Shown here: positions 52,489-64,000 of the stretch, piece by piece
How the letters are laid out: each line of letters begins with the position of its first letter
How positions within the stretch are numbered: the stretch's first letter is position 1
Made by a program: the position numbers and the translations under genes
Assembly (NCBI RefSeq): GCF_006345805.1
Contig: NC_043000.1
Span: forward strand, 59,954,001-60,018,000
DNA from: Octopus sinensis
Taxonomy: Eukaryota
Direction: 5' to 3'
Length of the DNA stretch: 64,000 nt
The notes under the pieces: generated by a model
What the model was told of the DNA's origin: nothing
Database searches by the model: none
The model's input: the letters and a program-made list of their open reading frames with translations, nothing else

Positions 52489-54215
52489 AACAACAAACAA
52501 GATGAGAACAAATATCCATCAAATGTAAATAATGTAAATAAAAAATGACCAAGCTCTTTTTAACAAAAATCAACCATAAAAATGTAAAATATGAGAAGCA
52601 CAACAAAAATTAAACAGGTACATTTTAAACTTGAGAGGTTATGGGTTTGTCTATGTTATATTGTTTTTCCATGTATAATAACAGATTTATTAAGTTATCA
52701 AAATTTATTTCATTTGAATGGTTTTGCATGTATTCTCTACAATTACCCAGAATTTTTTTTTCACCTAAATAAAAGATAATTGCCATGTAGAGACACTTAG
52801 GTCTTAGCAATAAATGATATTTTTTTCCATAATATGATTCTAATTAATTTATTTTTTAAGTTGCAACAAAGTAAATGAGGAAATATATTTTTAGAAACTC
52901 ATTTTGTAATAAATGAGTTTGTGCTAATTATTTTTTCTTTCACAGGAAACTTTTATTATATAGAAATTTTCACATTTTTCAAATACAAAATAAAAAGGTA
53001 GGACATTATTTAACATGATATTAATGTTTAAATGTTTTCTTCCTTGGAACATTTGTTAATTGACAACTTAACAAACTACAATACAGAACTTCTGACAGAA
53101 CTCTACCAAAATAAAGAAGATATTTTTGCAGTATGTTCATTCGTTTTTATTCTACAAGTGCAATGGTGATGTGAATAGAGAGTGATTCATATTTAGTTTT
53201 ATATCATACCTAATCTTCATTACCATATGTAGCTTTTTTTGTCTTCAGTTTCTAATTTCAAAATTTGGAGCAAATTTTCCCTTTTTCTGGAATTGATCAA
53301 GTATTAAAACTATATGGGCCTTGAGTTAATCAGCTTTCCACATTAAATTAAAATTAGGGGTGAAACCATTATAAGCAATATGAAGTATTGTTTATGATTT
53401 CAACACAGTTAAGTCTCATTCATCTTCAATTAAGATTAAGTAATCATCATCAAATTCATGTTTACTTTTACATGTTAGCATAGATAGGATAAAACTTCTT
53501 AAAGCAATATTCTGTGGCCAGACACTATTCTTGATACCAACCATTACTTGTTTTAAAGTAAGATACTTTAGTTCTTGTCTTTGCACATTGAATTGCCAAG
53601 CTGCTTGATTTTTTTTTCCCATAGGGATTAAGTAATGTCACTGCTACATAAGCAGTGTCATTGCAAAGGCATGCAAAAACAAACACACATACAAGAAGCT
53701 TCTAATCAGTTTCTATTTACCAAATTTCACTCACAAAGAATTCATCAACCCAGTGTAGAAGATTTAAGCCTAAAGTATCATGTAGTGAGAATGCACATAA
53801 AACCATATAGCTGCAAAGTAAACTTCTTATGCACATTGGTTTGCCTTTGTGTCACGTAAATATATGGAATTAATCCTTATCAAAAATAAAAATATACATC
53901 ATTATTTCTTTGTTTCACTTGAACTATATTAAAACTCTCTAGAATAATTGAATCATTATTATTTCTATTTTTCAATGATGATAAAAGTTGAACAAATCAG
54001 CAATGCAGCAGTTTCTCATGCATTTCTAATTTTATGTTAGCATATCCAAAGCCTATTGTTGTCAAGTTTGTTTAAATTTGAGATCTCAAGCTATTCTGAA
54101 TCCCACTATTACACTTCATTCAGTGTATCATTATCAAATGTTCAGTTTAGCTACTTAGGTGTAATAATTAAGGTTAATCAGAACTGGCTAGGCATTAATC
54201 AACCAATAAACTCAC

Positions 54216-54281
54216 TCATGCAAATGACCATACAGATCTCTAACGAACAAAAAGAACTTATATATGAAGGTGTTCAACATG
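54216..54281 (-). CDS. Candidate exon (66 nt, phase 2-2, MLNTFIYKFFLFVRDLYGHLH(E)); may contain the start codon
   Basis: Very strong acceptor (T)16gtatttgtgtttcttttgtctatttctag|, donor GA|gtgagt; joins in frame to 50635-50702. Confidence 0.6.
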
Positions 54282-57200
54282 CTAGAAATAGACAAAAGAA
54301 ACACAAATACAAAAAAAAAAAAAAAACTCTCTCCAATTAAACCTTTATGTTTTAAAAAAGGAAAGACACTTTGGACAATGTAATTTTGTGTGTGTGTGTG
54401 TAGAGAGAGAGAGAGAAAATACAAGATGGTTATTGCTACAGTGGCTTAACTTGGGTCTTGGTCACCCTGCACGGTAGCCAAGTTTGTTACCCCTTTCCCT
54501 AAATGTAACATACTGTCAATGACAGCAAACATGCATGTATAAAGCATCCACCCATCCTGTGTGATTTACACAACCCACACACCCCATACTTCACCACTGT
54601 ATGGCTAGAATACTTTTAATCACAAATTTTCTCACTAGCAGATGACCAGGAAGTACAATGTAAAACTACCAGAATTATCCATACATATGAAGGTGAAATG
54701 TGTCTAGTCATGGCTCATTACATTCTGAGATCAAATCCAGCTTGGACTGACTTTGCTTTCACTCTTTCAAGGTTGACAAAATAAAATACCAATAAAATAT
54801 GAGGATTGACATAATTAATTGTACTTCTCCCCAAAAACTTTTGGCTTTGTATCTATGAAAGAAATCATTATTTTAAATTCCATGTGCTTGTTTTACAATA
54901 TTGGAACTTGTTCCAGGTTTCCAGATAGTGAATGGTTGAGAGAAATGTCTGCCTACAAAATAAAATGCTAGTCTACTAAACCATTACAGTTTTGAATTTC
55001 AAAATAACAAAACATCTCTGAAATGTATTTACAGGGCCTCTGCTGTCTATAGAAATGTGTTGTATTTCTCTATGGTACTTATATGTAACTAAGCAGATTT
55101 GGTTAATGGAAGCTAAATACCGCAACTAAAAATAAAGCCTAGTGCCATTGATGTGAATCATTCAGTCCATTGGCTAGGATCTAGATGGCTTGGCTAATAA
55201 CAAAACTGGAGAAAAAAAAGCTACGTATTAGGCAAAGAATAATATATAGCTAATTTGATAGGTGCAAGCATTACTCATATTTAAGAAGATTGCTTTCAAA
55301 ACCACATAACTTCAGGTTCAGTCCCACTTCATGGTACCCAGAGTAACTGTCTTCTACTTTAACACCAGGCCAATCAAAGCATTGAGAATAGATATGATAG
55401 ATGGAAACTGAAAGAAGCTTATTCCAAGAGAGAAAGAGAGAAAAGTGCATGCATGTGTGTCCCTCCTTGTCTTGACATAGCATGATAGCTGTAAATGAGT
55501 GTTGTTGTCATACCTGCAGTGCCATTCATTTCCAATATTCTGCAAAAACATGTCTGGTCATGGGGAAATATTTCCTTGTTTGGAAACAATGGGTTTGGTG
55601 ACAGGAAGGGTATGCAGTCATATAAAACCTGCCTCAATAAACTCCATCCATCTCATACAAGCATAGAAAAGTAAGTATTAAAACAATACTGACCTATTCA
55701 GTTCAAAGGTATGGATAGACAAAAGTAAAAGCTATTATTTCTGATGAATAATATTGATTTATAACATAGGTACAAGGACATACGTTTATGGGAGGGTACA
55801 GATGACTATATACTAACCCCCAGCACTTGACTGGCATTTTTAGACCTTGGATGGATGAATGGCCTATTGGTTTTAGGGGTCTCAAACTCTGAACAAAAAG
55901 GTTAATAAATCAATATTACAAAGCATCTTGTATAACATTCAAAGAATTTTGTCTATCTATTGCCTTCTGCTGATTAGTGTCAGTTTTTTTCATTGGTATA
56001 AGGTCACATATCTTTAGAGGAGGGGAACTGTCTACTGAATTCATTTATTTTATTGATCCTGAGAATTTTAAAAGCACACACTACACAAATAGAATTTGAA
56101 CTTAACATGTAGTTGGATTGAGAGTAAACATTACAAGGCATTTCATGTGATGAACATTCAACATGTGTGTGTGTGTAGACTTTATGTCAATAATGTGGTA
56201 TTAGATATAGGAATCATGGAGTGAGTTGACACTTAGAGAGTGTAGTGACTTTTATCATTACTTCAGGGCATGACATGAGCCTGCCTGACATGAGTCCCAA
56301 GGTCAGCGGGCTCTGGCTAACAGTACCTGGTATGTGTCTCTGTCCAATGTTTTGGATCCCAAGTGAAGAAAACTGAAATATCAAGCTGACATTCAGCAGG
56401 GATAGTTAAATCTCACAAACAGGTGATGAGCTTTTTAACCTTAGTTTGCAATCACATAAAAATGATGTCTCATTAAAAACATTGATTGCTGGTGAACCCT
56501 ATACACATGTGATACATGTGACACTTGTATCTTATTTTTGAAAAGATAGATTGCTAAATGAATTGCAACAGGGCAGAAATGCCTCAGGGAAATATGCCTA
56601 ATAGTGAGCGCTGGTGAAGAGTTGCAAGACTTGTCTTAACAGAGGTCACCAAATGAATGATGCTAATCTCAGGCTCTTTATAGATGATATTGCCTGATTT
56701 GCTTTTCTGAGTTTGAAACACATTGTCCCATTTCTATTGATGAATGTCAGAGTGAAGAAAGTACTTTGTTAATTTATTATTGTTTTATTAGGAATACCAA
56801 ACCAAAAAGCTCTTGCAAAATTAAATAAATTTGTATTAAAGCTCAATAAAAAAAAAAGTGTATGTTTTTTGTAAATAAAGATACAAGTTGGAAATTTTAA
56901 CATCTAAACAAAGCCATCACATAAAATATTAAGATAAGAGAACGTGACCTTATTTACTGATTCACAAAAAGGACAGTGAATAGAAAGTTAAATATATTGT
57001 TATTCCGGCTAATAAAACACCAACCAGCAACCCAGCAAGAGAGAAGGAGGAGACAGAGAGAAGGAGGAAACAGAGAGAGGGAGACATAGAGATGAGAAAA
57101 GATAGGGATAGATAGAGAGACAGACAGTATGCATGCATACTTATGTTTTAATGCTGCTAATGTATAAACTCATAGCTGTTTGGAAGGGAAGAAAATGTCA

Positions 57201-57848
57201 AAGAATAGATTAAATGATAGCACTAAGAGACTGAATTACAGATGATTGCATTGATGCAGGATGTTATCAAATTTGATATTCTTGAGTGATGTGATATGAT
57301 TGACTCACAAAGACCACAACTAACTATTGTATAGAAACTGAAATACACATACACACGCAAAAAAGGGACAAAAGGCAGTTCACAGCAACCATATGAGGGA
57401 CAGTGACATATATCATACTAAGCTACTTCAGTTTGCCACCAAGCAGACATTTAAACTTTAACAAGCTGAAACAGAGGAAGGAAACTCTATGCAATTCTAC
57501 ATAGATGTGATCATGTGATAGGATATTATCAAATGACAAGAGGATGAAATTATCTCTTCAGCCTTGGCTATTAAATAAAGGAAGCAAAATTAAAGCAATT
57601 AAAAGAATAACTATAGAACATTTAAATAATATTTAAAATACAATGTCTGTCCCCATCTGGTCTTCCGTATGTATGTAATACATAAATCAAATTTAAGGGA
57701 AATAATTATGTTATTGGTTTTGTTCCGTGAATGATTCTATTTATTTATTTACCCAATGGCAATCCTATTATATTCATCCTCTTTACCCTCACTATCATTA
57801 TTAATGCATTTGTTCTATCATGGACCTGCAGAGTCTGCTGCTACTTAC

Positions 57849-57924
57849 ATATGATTTTATGTCTTTAATCTAATATGACAAATTTACCACTGGCTGGGAT
57901 GTTAGCCATTTGTAGGCACTTTTC
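57849..57924 (-). other. Candidate non-coding (5' UTR-like) exon
   Basis: Acceptor ctgctcctttttttcccacag|, donor TAT|gtaagt; stops in all three frames. Confidence 0.3.
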
Positions 57925-58329
57925 CTGTGGGAAAAAAAGGAGCAGTGAACTGCAAAGCAATGAATCATTCATCAATTCTATACTGTAACTGTTGTTGCAA
58001 TTTTTCACTGTAGGTCAGCTCTGACTGAAAAGATCTATGGTCAAAGGTATTTAAAGCATGACCATCTCACCTTTTTTGGCATATCTAAGGTCTTATATTG
58101 CCCAATGTATTTTTCCTTTTTTTTTTAAAATGATATGGTGTGATTTGAGGAAGATTTGGTTGCTTAACCTAATGCAGTAGTGATTACATCATTTGGCAGT
58201 CATGAACTCTGGCTTTTAATAGTTAAGCGTTTCAGTTAGAGACATACTTACAGTACCAGTGACAAGCTATGAAATATGAATCACTAGCTTTTCAGTTGAT
58301 TATCCACAAAACCTACTGATATGAATGGC

Positions 58330-58745
58330 ATAATTTGTAGAGCATTGTATGAAATGCCTTGCACTTTGATTTCTTTATTATGTGAGTTCAAATTCAGTCA
58401 GGAATTGCCTTTGTCTTTTTAGAGATAGATAAAATAAGAACCAGTCGAGTACTGGAGTCAGTTAAGTCAACTATACCTTTCCATCATGCTTTATGTTAGA
58501 AATCATTAATAACAGGCTACACTTAATAACATTTCTAATTTTGGCACAAGGCCAACAAGTTTGAGAGAATGGAGCAAATTTGTTATATTGCCCCCAGCAC
58601 TTGACTAGTACTTATTTTATTGACCCTAAAAGGATGAAAGGTAAAGATAACTTTGGCAGAATTTGAGCTCAAAACACAAAGACATGAAATGCCGTTAAGC
58701 ATTTTGTCTAACGTACTAATGATTCTACCAGCTTGCCACCTTAAA
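58330..58745. mobile_element. Tail-to-tail SINE family B pair (+ approx. 58330-58500; - approx. 58540-58745)
   Basis: Two family B copies in opposite orientation about 40 bp apart. Confidence 0.7.
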
Positions 58746-58759
58746 TAATAGTAATAAAA

Positions 58760-59736
58760 GCAGCTGAGTGAATCCTTGCTTGCCACTGATAGAATTAACA
58801 ATATAATACCTACTGAAAATGTAATGCACCCACTTAAGAAACAAGATGAAGAAAATGAAATCACTGCATGGGCAATACCTCAGAGAAATCGCAGGAAAAG
58901 ACAAGGCCAACACTTGGCTAAGAAAAAGTAATCTGAAAGGATGCTCTGAGGCATTGATATGCAGTGTCCAGGAACAAGCTCTGAGAACTAATTATATCAA
59001 GTTCCAAATAGATAAGAGCAGTGAATCATCCCTTTGTAGGATGTGTGGTAGCAAAAACAAAACAATTTCATATACTGTGAGTTAATGTAGCAAGCTGACC
59101 CAAAAGCATTACAAAAAGAGGCACAATAATGTGGCTAAGTTTGTTCACTGGAGACTATGTAAAAAGTACGGCCTGGACAGAGCTTGGAAATGGTACAAAC
59201 ATGAACCAGAAGATGTCATCGAGAACAATGAATATAAGATACTGTGGGATTTTACAATCCAATAAGACTCCCTAATTGATGCTCAGAGACCAGACATTGT
59301 TGTGGTAGATAAAGGAAAAAAGGAAACCAAAATTATAGATATTGCAATATCTGGGAATGCACACATAAGTGACAAAGAACTAGAAAAAAATGGCAAAGTA
59401 CAGACTACTAAAAGACGAAATTGCAAGAATGTGAACTATGAGAGTGTTTGTCATCCCAGTTGTTGTAGGGGCACTCAGAGCACTAACAACCAACTTCAAG
59501 AAATATGTCAGAAAAATCAGAATTGACATGAGAGCAGAGCAAGCGCAAAAAACTGCTCTACTGGGGGCAGCTAGGATTTTGAGATTGGTTCTTGGGTGTT
59601 GAATGTCTCCCACAATAATTAGCAACCAATTATCAAAGCTTGTGATGTGCAGAAAGAGACTCTGTAGGACCTCTGACAACAACAGGCTGCTGTCCATTCT
59701 CACAAAATCAATCAGACCAAACAAGTCCGAGTGCGC
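58760..59736 (+). mobile_element. 5'-truncated R4/Dong-clade non-LTR retrotransposon (CCHC knuckle + REL endonuclease)
   Basis: LHGQYLR..TW LRKSNLK..EALI..QEQALRT....CRMC....TISYTVS*CSKL..KHYKKRHNNVAKFVHWRLC...WYKHEP..VIEN..YKILWDF..RPDIVVVDK..IIDIA..KELEK..VIPVVVGAL..QKTALLGAARILRLVL, with stops and frameshifts. Confidence 0.92.
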
Positions 59737-59754
59737 AGAGGAGGAGGAGGAGGA

Positions 59755-60200
59755 GCCTTTCTACTAAAGGCACAAGGCTGAAATTTTAGGGGAAGGGACT
59801 AGTCAACTACATTGATCCTAGCGCTTCTCTGGTACTTAATTTACTAACCCCAAAAGGATGAAAGCAAAGTTGACCATGGCAGCATTTGAACTCAGAATAT
59901 AAAGATGAAAGAAAACCACAAAGCATTTTGCCTGATGTGCTAACAATTCTGCCAACTCGTCGCCATAGTAATAAAAATAGTAATATTGACGCATGGTCTG
60001 AAATTTAGTTGGAGAGGTTAGTTAATAATATTAACTCCAGTACATCACTGGTGTTTTATTTTATTGATCCCAGAGAGATGAATGGTAAGGGGATTTAAAC
60101 TCAGTGGGATTTAAACTCAAAATGTAAAAAACCAGAACAAATATCACAAGTTATTTTTTGTGATGTTCTGATGAATCTACCAATCTACTGACCTTAAATA
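59755..60200 (-). mobile_element. Two tandem SINE family B copies
   Basis: Reverse complements of family B at approx. 59755-59970 and 59990-60200. Confidence 0.75.
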
Positions 60201-61580
60201 ATTGCTTCTTACAAAGGTCGACATCTGAAATTAGGGGAAGTGGGTTAGTCAATTAAATCAACACCAATACGTTTATTCTTTCATAATGGTACATTTAAAA
60301 TTTGTCTCTAAAATATATATGTAGTTAAAATATGGATTTAGCATCACAATATTTAGCTTCATATCAGATGAAAAGGGCTTTAAGTTCATAGAGAGATAAA
60401 TAGGATGAAAGAATGGAGTGAGAAATTTTGTAAAGTTGACAGACTTTATTGTCGTTTTTCTCTTCACTAGATCTCTCTCTTCTCTCTATCTCCCTCCTCA
60501 TTTTTTTAGTTGTACTTGATGTCACAATAACTTTTATTGATACAGTTAATAATGATAGCATGGAAGCTTCATTATTGAATTTTAATTTTTAATGAATGCC
60601 ATCTGTATATGTGCATGTGTATGTTAACTTCTATATTTTTATAGATTATCCCTTGTATACTCTTTGTTGAACAAACTGGAATCTAATTATCTCTATGTGT
60701 ATTTTCTCCTCTGCCTTTGGATTTTCTAATATTTCTGCACCCTGTCCTTATTATATTCACTTAGTTGATGAAGCTTGGATTACACTGTGTGTGTGTGTGT
60801 GTGTGTGTGCGTGCGCACGCACGCACATGCTATGGTGTGCTGTGCTGTGCACGCACACAATTTTTAGTACTATTATTAAAACTATTACATTCTATTTTAA
60901 TTAGCAGGGATGTTGTTTTGAGGTTTGGTGAAAGTAAATCTCCTCAAATAATTGCTAACTCTCCTTTAAATCAGACTCTACTGTCTCAGTAGGAGTACAA
61001 TGTAGTTCTTGATAATACCATGTACACAAAAATAAAGATGCATAAGCCATAAGTGTAAAACCTTTAATCATAAATCTTCTTGATTCAAGTTGATCTGAGA
61101 CTAAACAACAAAATCAATGACAAGAACTAAAGAAGTTACAGTTCTTCCACTTACTTTATACCCAAGTCACTATGCTATCATTAGCTTTTCCACCCACCAC
61201 CCAAATATTAATTAGGCTGTCTATGTAACACTTCTAACCTTCTACATCCTGTGATACACCCTGAGCAATGGCATATGCTCTTTTAGCTCTTGCACAGAGT
61301 CACACTATTAGCCAGAACCAGTGCATGTAGTAAACTTTAAGAGTTGATTTCCTGTTTCCTTTTGGTTTCTACGAGTAACTACTGCACTACTTGTCCATCT
61401 TCTGATTATATGGGTTGCATAGAACCATATTTCTTAACTCACAAATACATATATAAAATCCATAAATAAAATAGTTACACACATAGCTATGTGACTGCAA
61501 AGATCACTCTGCAACCAGATGGTTCTGGGTTCAATACTACTGTGTGGGACTTATGGAAAGTGTTTATATGCATATATCAT

Positions 61581-61944
61581 CTTTTACTTGTCTCATTCAT
61601 TATACTATGACCATGTTGGTGCACTACTTTAAGGAATTTTAGTTGAACTAATCAACCCCAGTACTTTTTTGTCTTTTTTTAAAGCCTAATACTTATTCTA
61701 TTGGTCTTTTTAGCCACCAAGTTATGGGAATGTAAACACACCACCACCAGTTATCAAGCTGTAGTGGGGGGCAAACACCAACGCATAGATGACAGGCATT
61801 TTTCAGTTTCCATCTACCAAATCCACTCACAAGGCTTTGGTTGGCCTGAGGCTATAAGTAGAAGATACTTGTCCCAAGGTGCCATGTAGTGGGACTGAAT
61901 CTGGAACCATGTGTTTGGGAAGCTAACTTCTTATCACACAGCCA
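61581..61944 (-). mobile_element. SINE family A (additional partial copy at approx. 62200-62345)
   Basis: Family A consensus. Confidence 0.85.
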
Positions 61945-63324
61945 TTGTTCTAACATCCACTTTTTCATGCTTTCATAGGTCACATGGAATTTATTGAAAC
62001 AGATTTTCTACGGTTAGTTGCCCTTTTGCTACAAACTCAGACTTGTTTCTATGCAAGGTAATATTTCCTCATTGCTAGACATGTTTTTTCACAGGAGACA
62101 GAAGATGAACAACATTGCTTGTATGATAATGATGCTTGTTTACAACCACTATGTGATGACAAGCTAAGGGTGCACATACACACACACATATATATATATA
62201 ACAGACTTCTTTCAGTTTCCATCTACCAAATCTACTCACAAGGCTTTGGCTAGCTTGGGACTATATCAGAAGACACTTGCCCAAGCTACCAAGCAGAGGG
62301 ATTGAACATGGTTGGCAAAGTAAACTTCTTAACCACACAGCTGTACCTATGTCTGTGTGCATCTGTGAGTGTGCATATATTGATATATATATATATATTG
62401 CTTTGGTATAGTGGTGATCAAAGTTATAATATGGTTTACAGTGAACACAGCATTTAAATCCTGCGGGCACTGTTACAACATTTTCCTGTCTTCTTCCATA
62501 TTAGATGTGTGTGTGCATGTGAGTGTTTGTTTCTACATGTCTGAACACAGTCACTGTTTGAGAAAAAAAAGCACTGATACTTGTTTACATCACCAGTAAA
62601 CAATATGTCCTGTAGCTTGTTGGTTTTGACGTGTGAAAAATACCTTAGTTGAATGAGTAAGCATTGGCGACAGGAAGGGTGTCTGGTCATAAGAAATGAA
62701 AGAAAAAAACTAACTGCTTCAGTAAGTCATGTTTAACCTATACTGCAAGGAAAAAGCAGACATTAGTTGAATGATGATAATGATAATACACGAAAACCTC
62801 CAAAGACATTATAATACATGTTCTCACAAACAAAACTCATACAATGTAAGAACATGTGTATATTTATATTAACATTGTGTTGATTTTGAGCATATGAAGA
62901 TAAGTTTAGAGTTAGAGTAAAATAATATGGCAAAAAAAAAGAACAAAAACATTGGAATAGAAGATAAGCATGTAGTAAAAATAATAATGAATGCCAACTG
63001 ATAAATAAGTTACTAAAATGAAACAAAAAAAATTCCATCAAAAATCTAAACAGACAATAATAGATGATATACCATATTCAAGTGGATAACTAAATTGAAA
63101 TTTTTAAATACAGCTAAAGCCTCAGCCAATTAATTGATTATAATTAGATGGTATAAAATAACAACTGACGAAGATTCTAAAAATTTGAAGTTTTATCAAA
63201 AGTAATAATAATGATAAATAGCAGTATCTGTGGAAATTCCACAGTAAATACAAGAATTTTTAGATGGTTAGAAGTTTATATAGAACCATAAAAATTAATG
63301 TCTTTTTTGAAATTGAATTTTCTA

Positions 63325-63521
63325 TTGTGTCTGGGGAGAGTCATTTTCTTTTTGTGCCTTATTATGTAATACACTAACCGGTAAAAGTTTTGACTCTCAA
63401 AACTAAAGGTTAAAAGATGCAACGAAAATTTTAGGAAAATAAAAATAAGAAAAAAGTGGAAATTTTACTGGTGAGTGTGTTACATAAGGTACAAAAACAA
63501 AATGACTCTCTCCAGACACAA
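63325..63521. mobile_element. Tc1/mariner-like MITE with ~65-bp imperfect TIRs, TA-flanked
   Basis: TA-TTGTGTCTGGGGAGAGTCATTTT... and ...AAAATGACTCTCTCCAGACACAA-TA. Confidence 0.75.
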
Positions 63522-64000
63522 TAGAATATGCTTCAACACACGAACTCATATAAAGAATCTTGCAAACCAAATCCCAAAACGAAATATCCTGCATTATTTT
63601 CATTTAAAAAAAGTTTTCGATTCTGGATATGACTAATTGACTTTCCTATTCTCTGAGGAGTTCAGAAGCTCATTTATAAATCTAAGGGCTTCATAATAAT
63701 TACAGAGAATATTCACATCACCAATGTTGTAACTTTCAACTATATGTTAACAGATTTTTTCAATGTTCTCTCTCATTTTCATTTTGTATTCTTTATTCAA
63801 CATGTTCTCTTATCTGTTGTAAAATACCCAACTGTATTCTCTTTGATTCTTAGTTTCCCCTCAACACTGCTGCTCCTATGTTTGTTCTAGTGATTCGACC
63901 CTCTGCTTCTCATTACGTTATTGCTTATACTGTCTCATTCTTTCTCTTACTAGCTTATTTTGTCTGTCATCCATATTTTATAAACAAATAGCAATTTTCA

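Larger units (their letters stand above)
52060..52534. mobile_element. tRNA-head/hammerhead element, inverted twin with two HHRs, ~17-bp TSD
   Basis: Arms approx. 52090-52300 (minus) and 52311-52534 (plus) joined head to head; TSD TAAATAAAAA(A)TGACCAA at 52043-52059 and 52535-52552. Confidence 0.85.

Noticed and set aside
53416-53622. 68-aa protein-like minus ORF
   Set aside because: No polypyrimidine acceptor and no recognisable homology.
1-64000. CRISPR arrays, rRNA genes, telomeric arrays
   Set aside because: No regularly spaced repeat-spacer array, rRNA-like sequence or (TTAGGG)n tract seen.

Overview
This is AT-rich, microsatellite-dense eukaryotic DNA; the SINE families and repeat landscape suggest an octopus (coleoid cephalopod) genome, which is an inference. 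Most of the window is intronic or intergenic and filled with several tRNA-derived SINE families, LINE remnants (R4/Dong-type, Tx1/L1-type, CR1-type), a Penelope-like (PLE) GIY-YIG remnant, MITE-like and Helitron-like elements and simple repeats. A series of short minus-strand exon candidates with good splice sites, partly phase-compatible, suggests one long-intron protein-coding gene whose product I cannot identify. Nearly all ORFs in the supplied track are repeat or microsatellite artefacts. The most notable signal is a set of minimal type-I hammerhead ribozyme (HHR) motifs from at least three unrelated families. One is a non-autonomous element with a tRNA-like Pol III head, an (AAC/AAT)n linker, an HHR and a fixed tail. 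It occurs three times, always as a head-to-head inverted twin. In two copies both arms carry an HHR (opposite polarity) and the insertion is flanked by target-site duplications. Coordinates were counted by eye and repeat boundaries are approximate.
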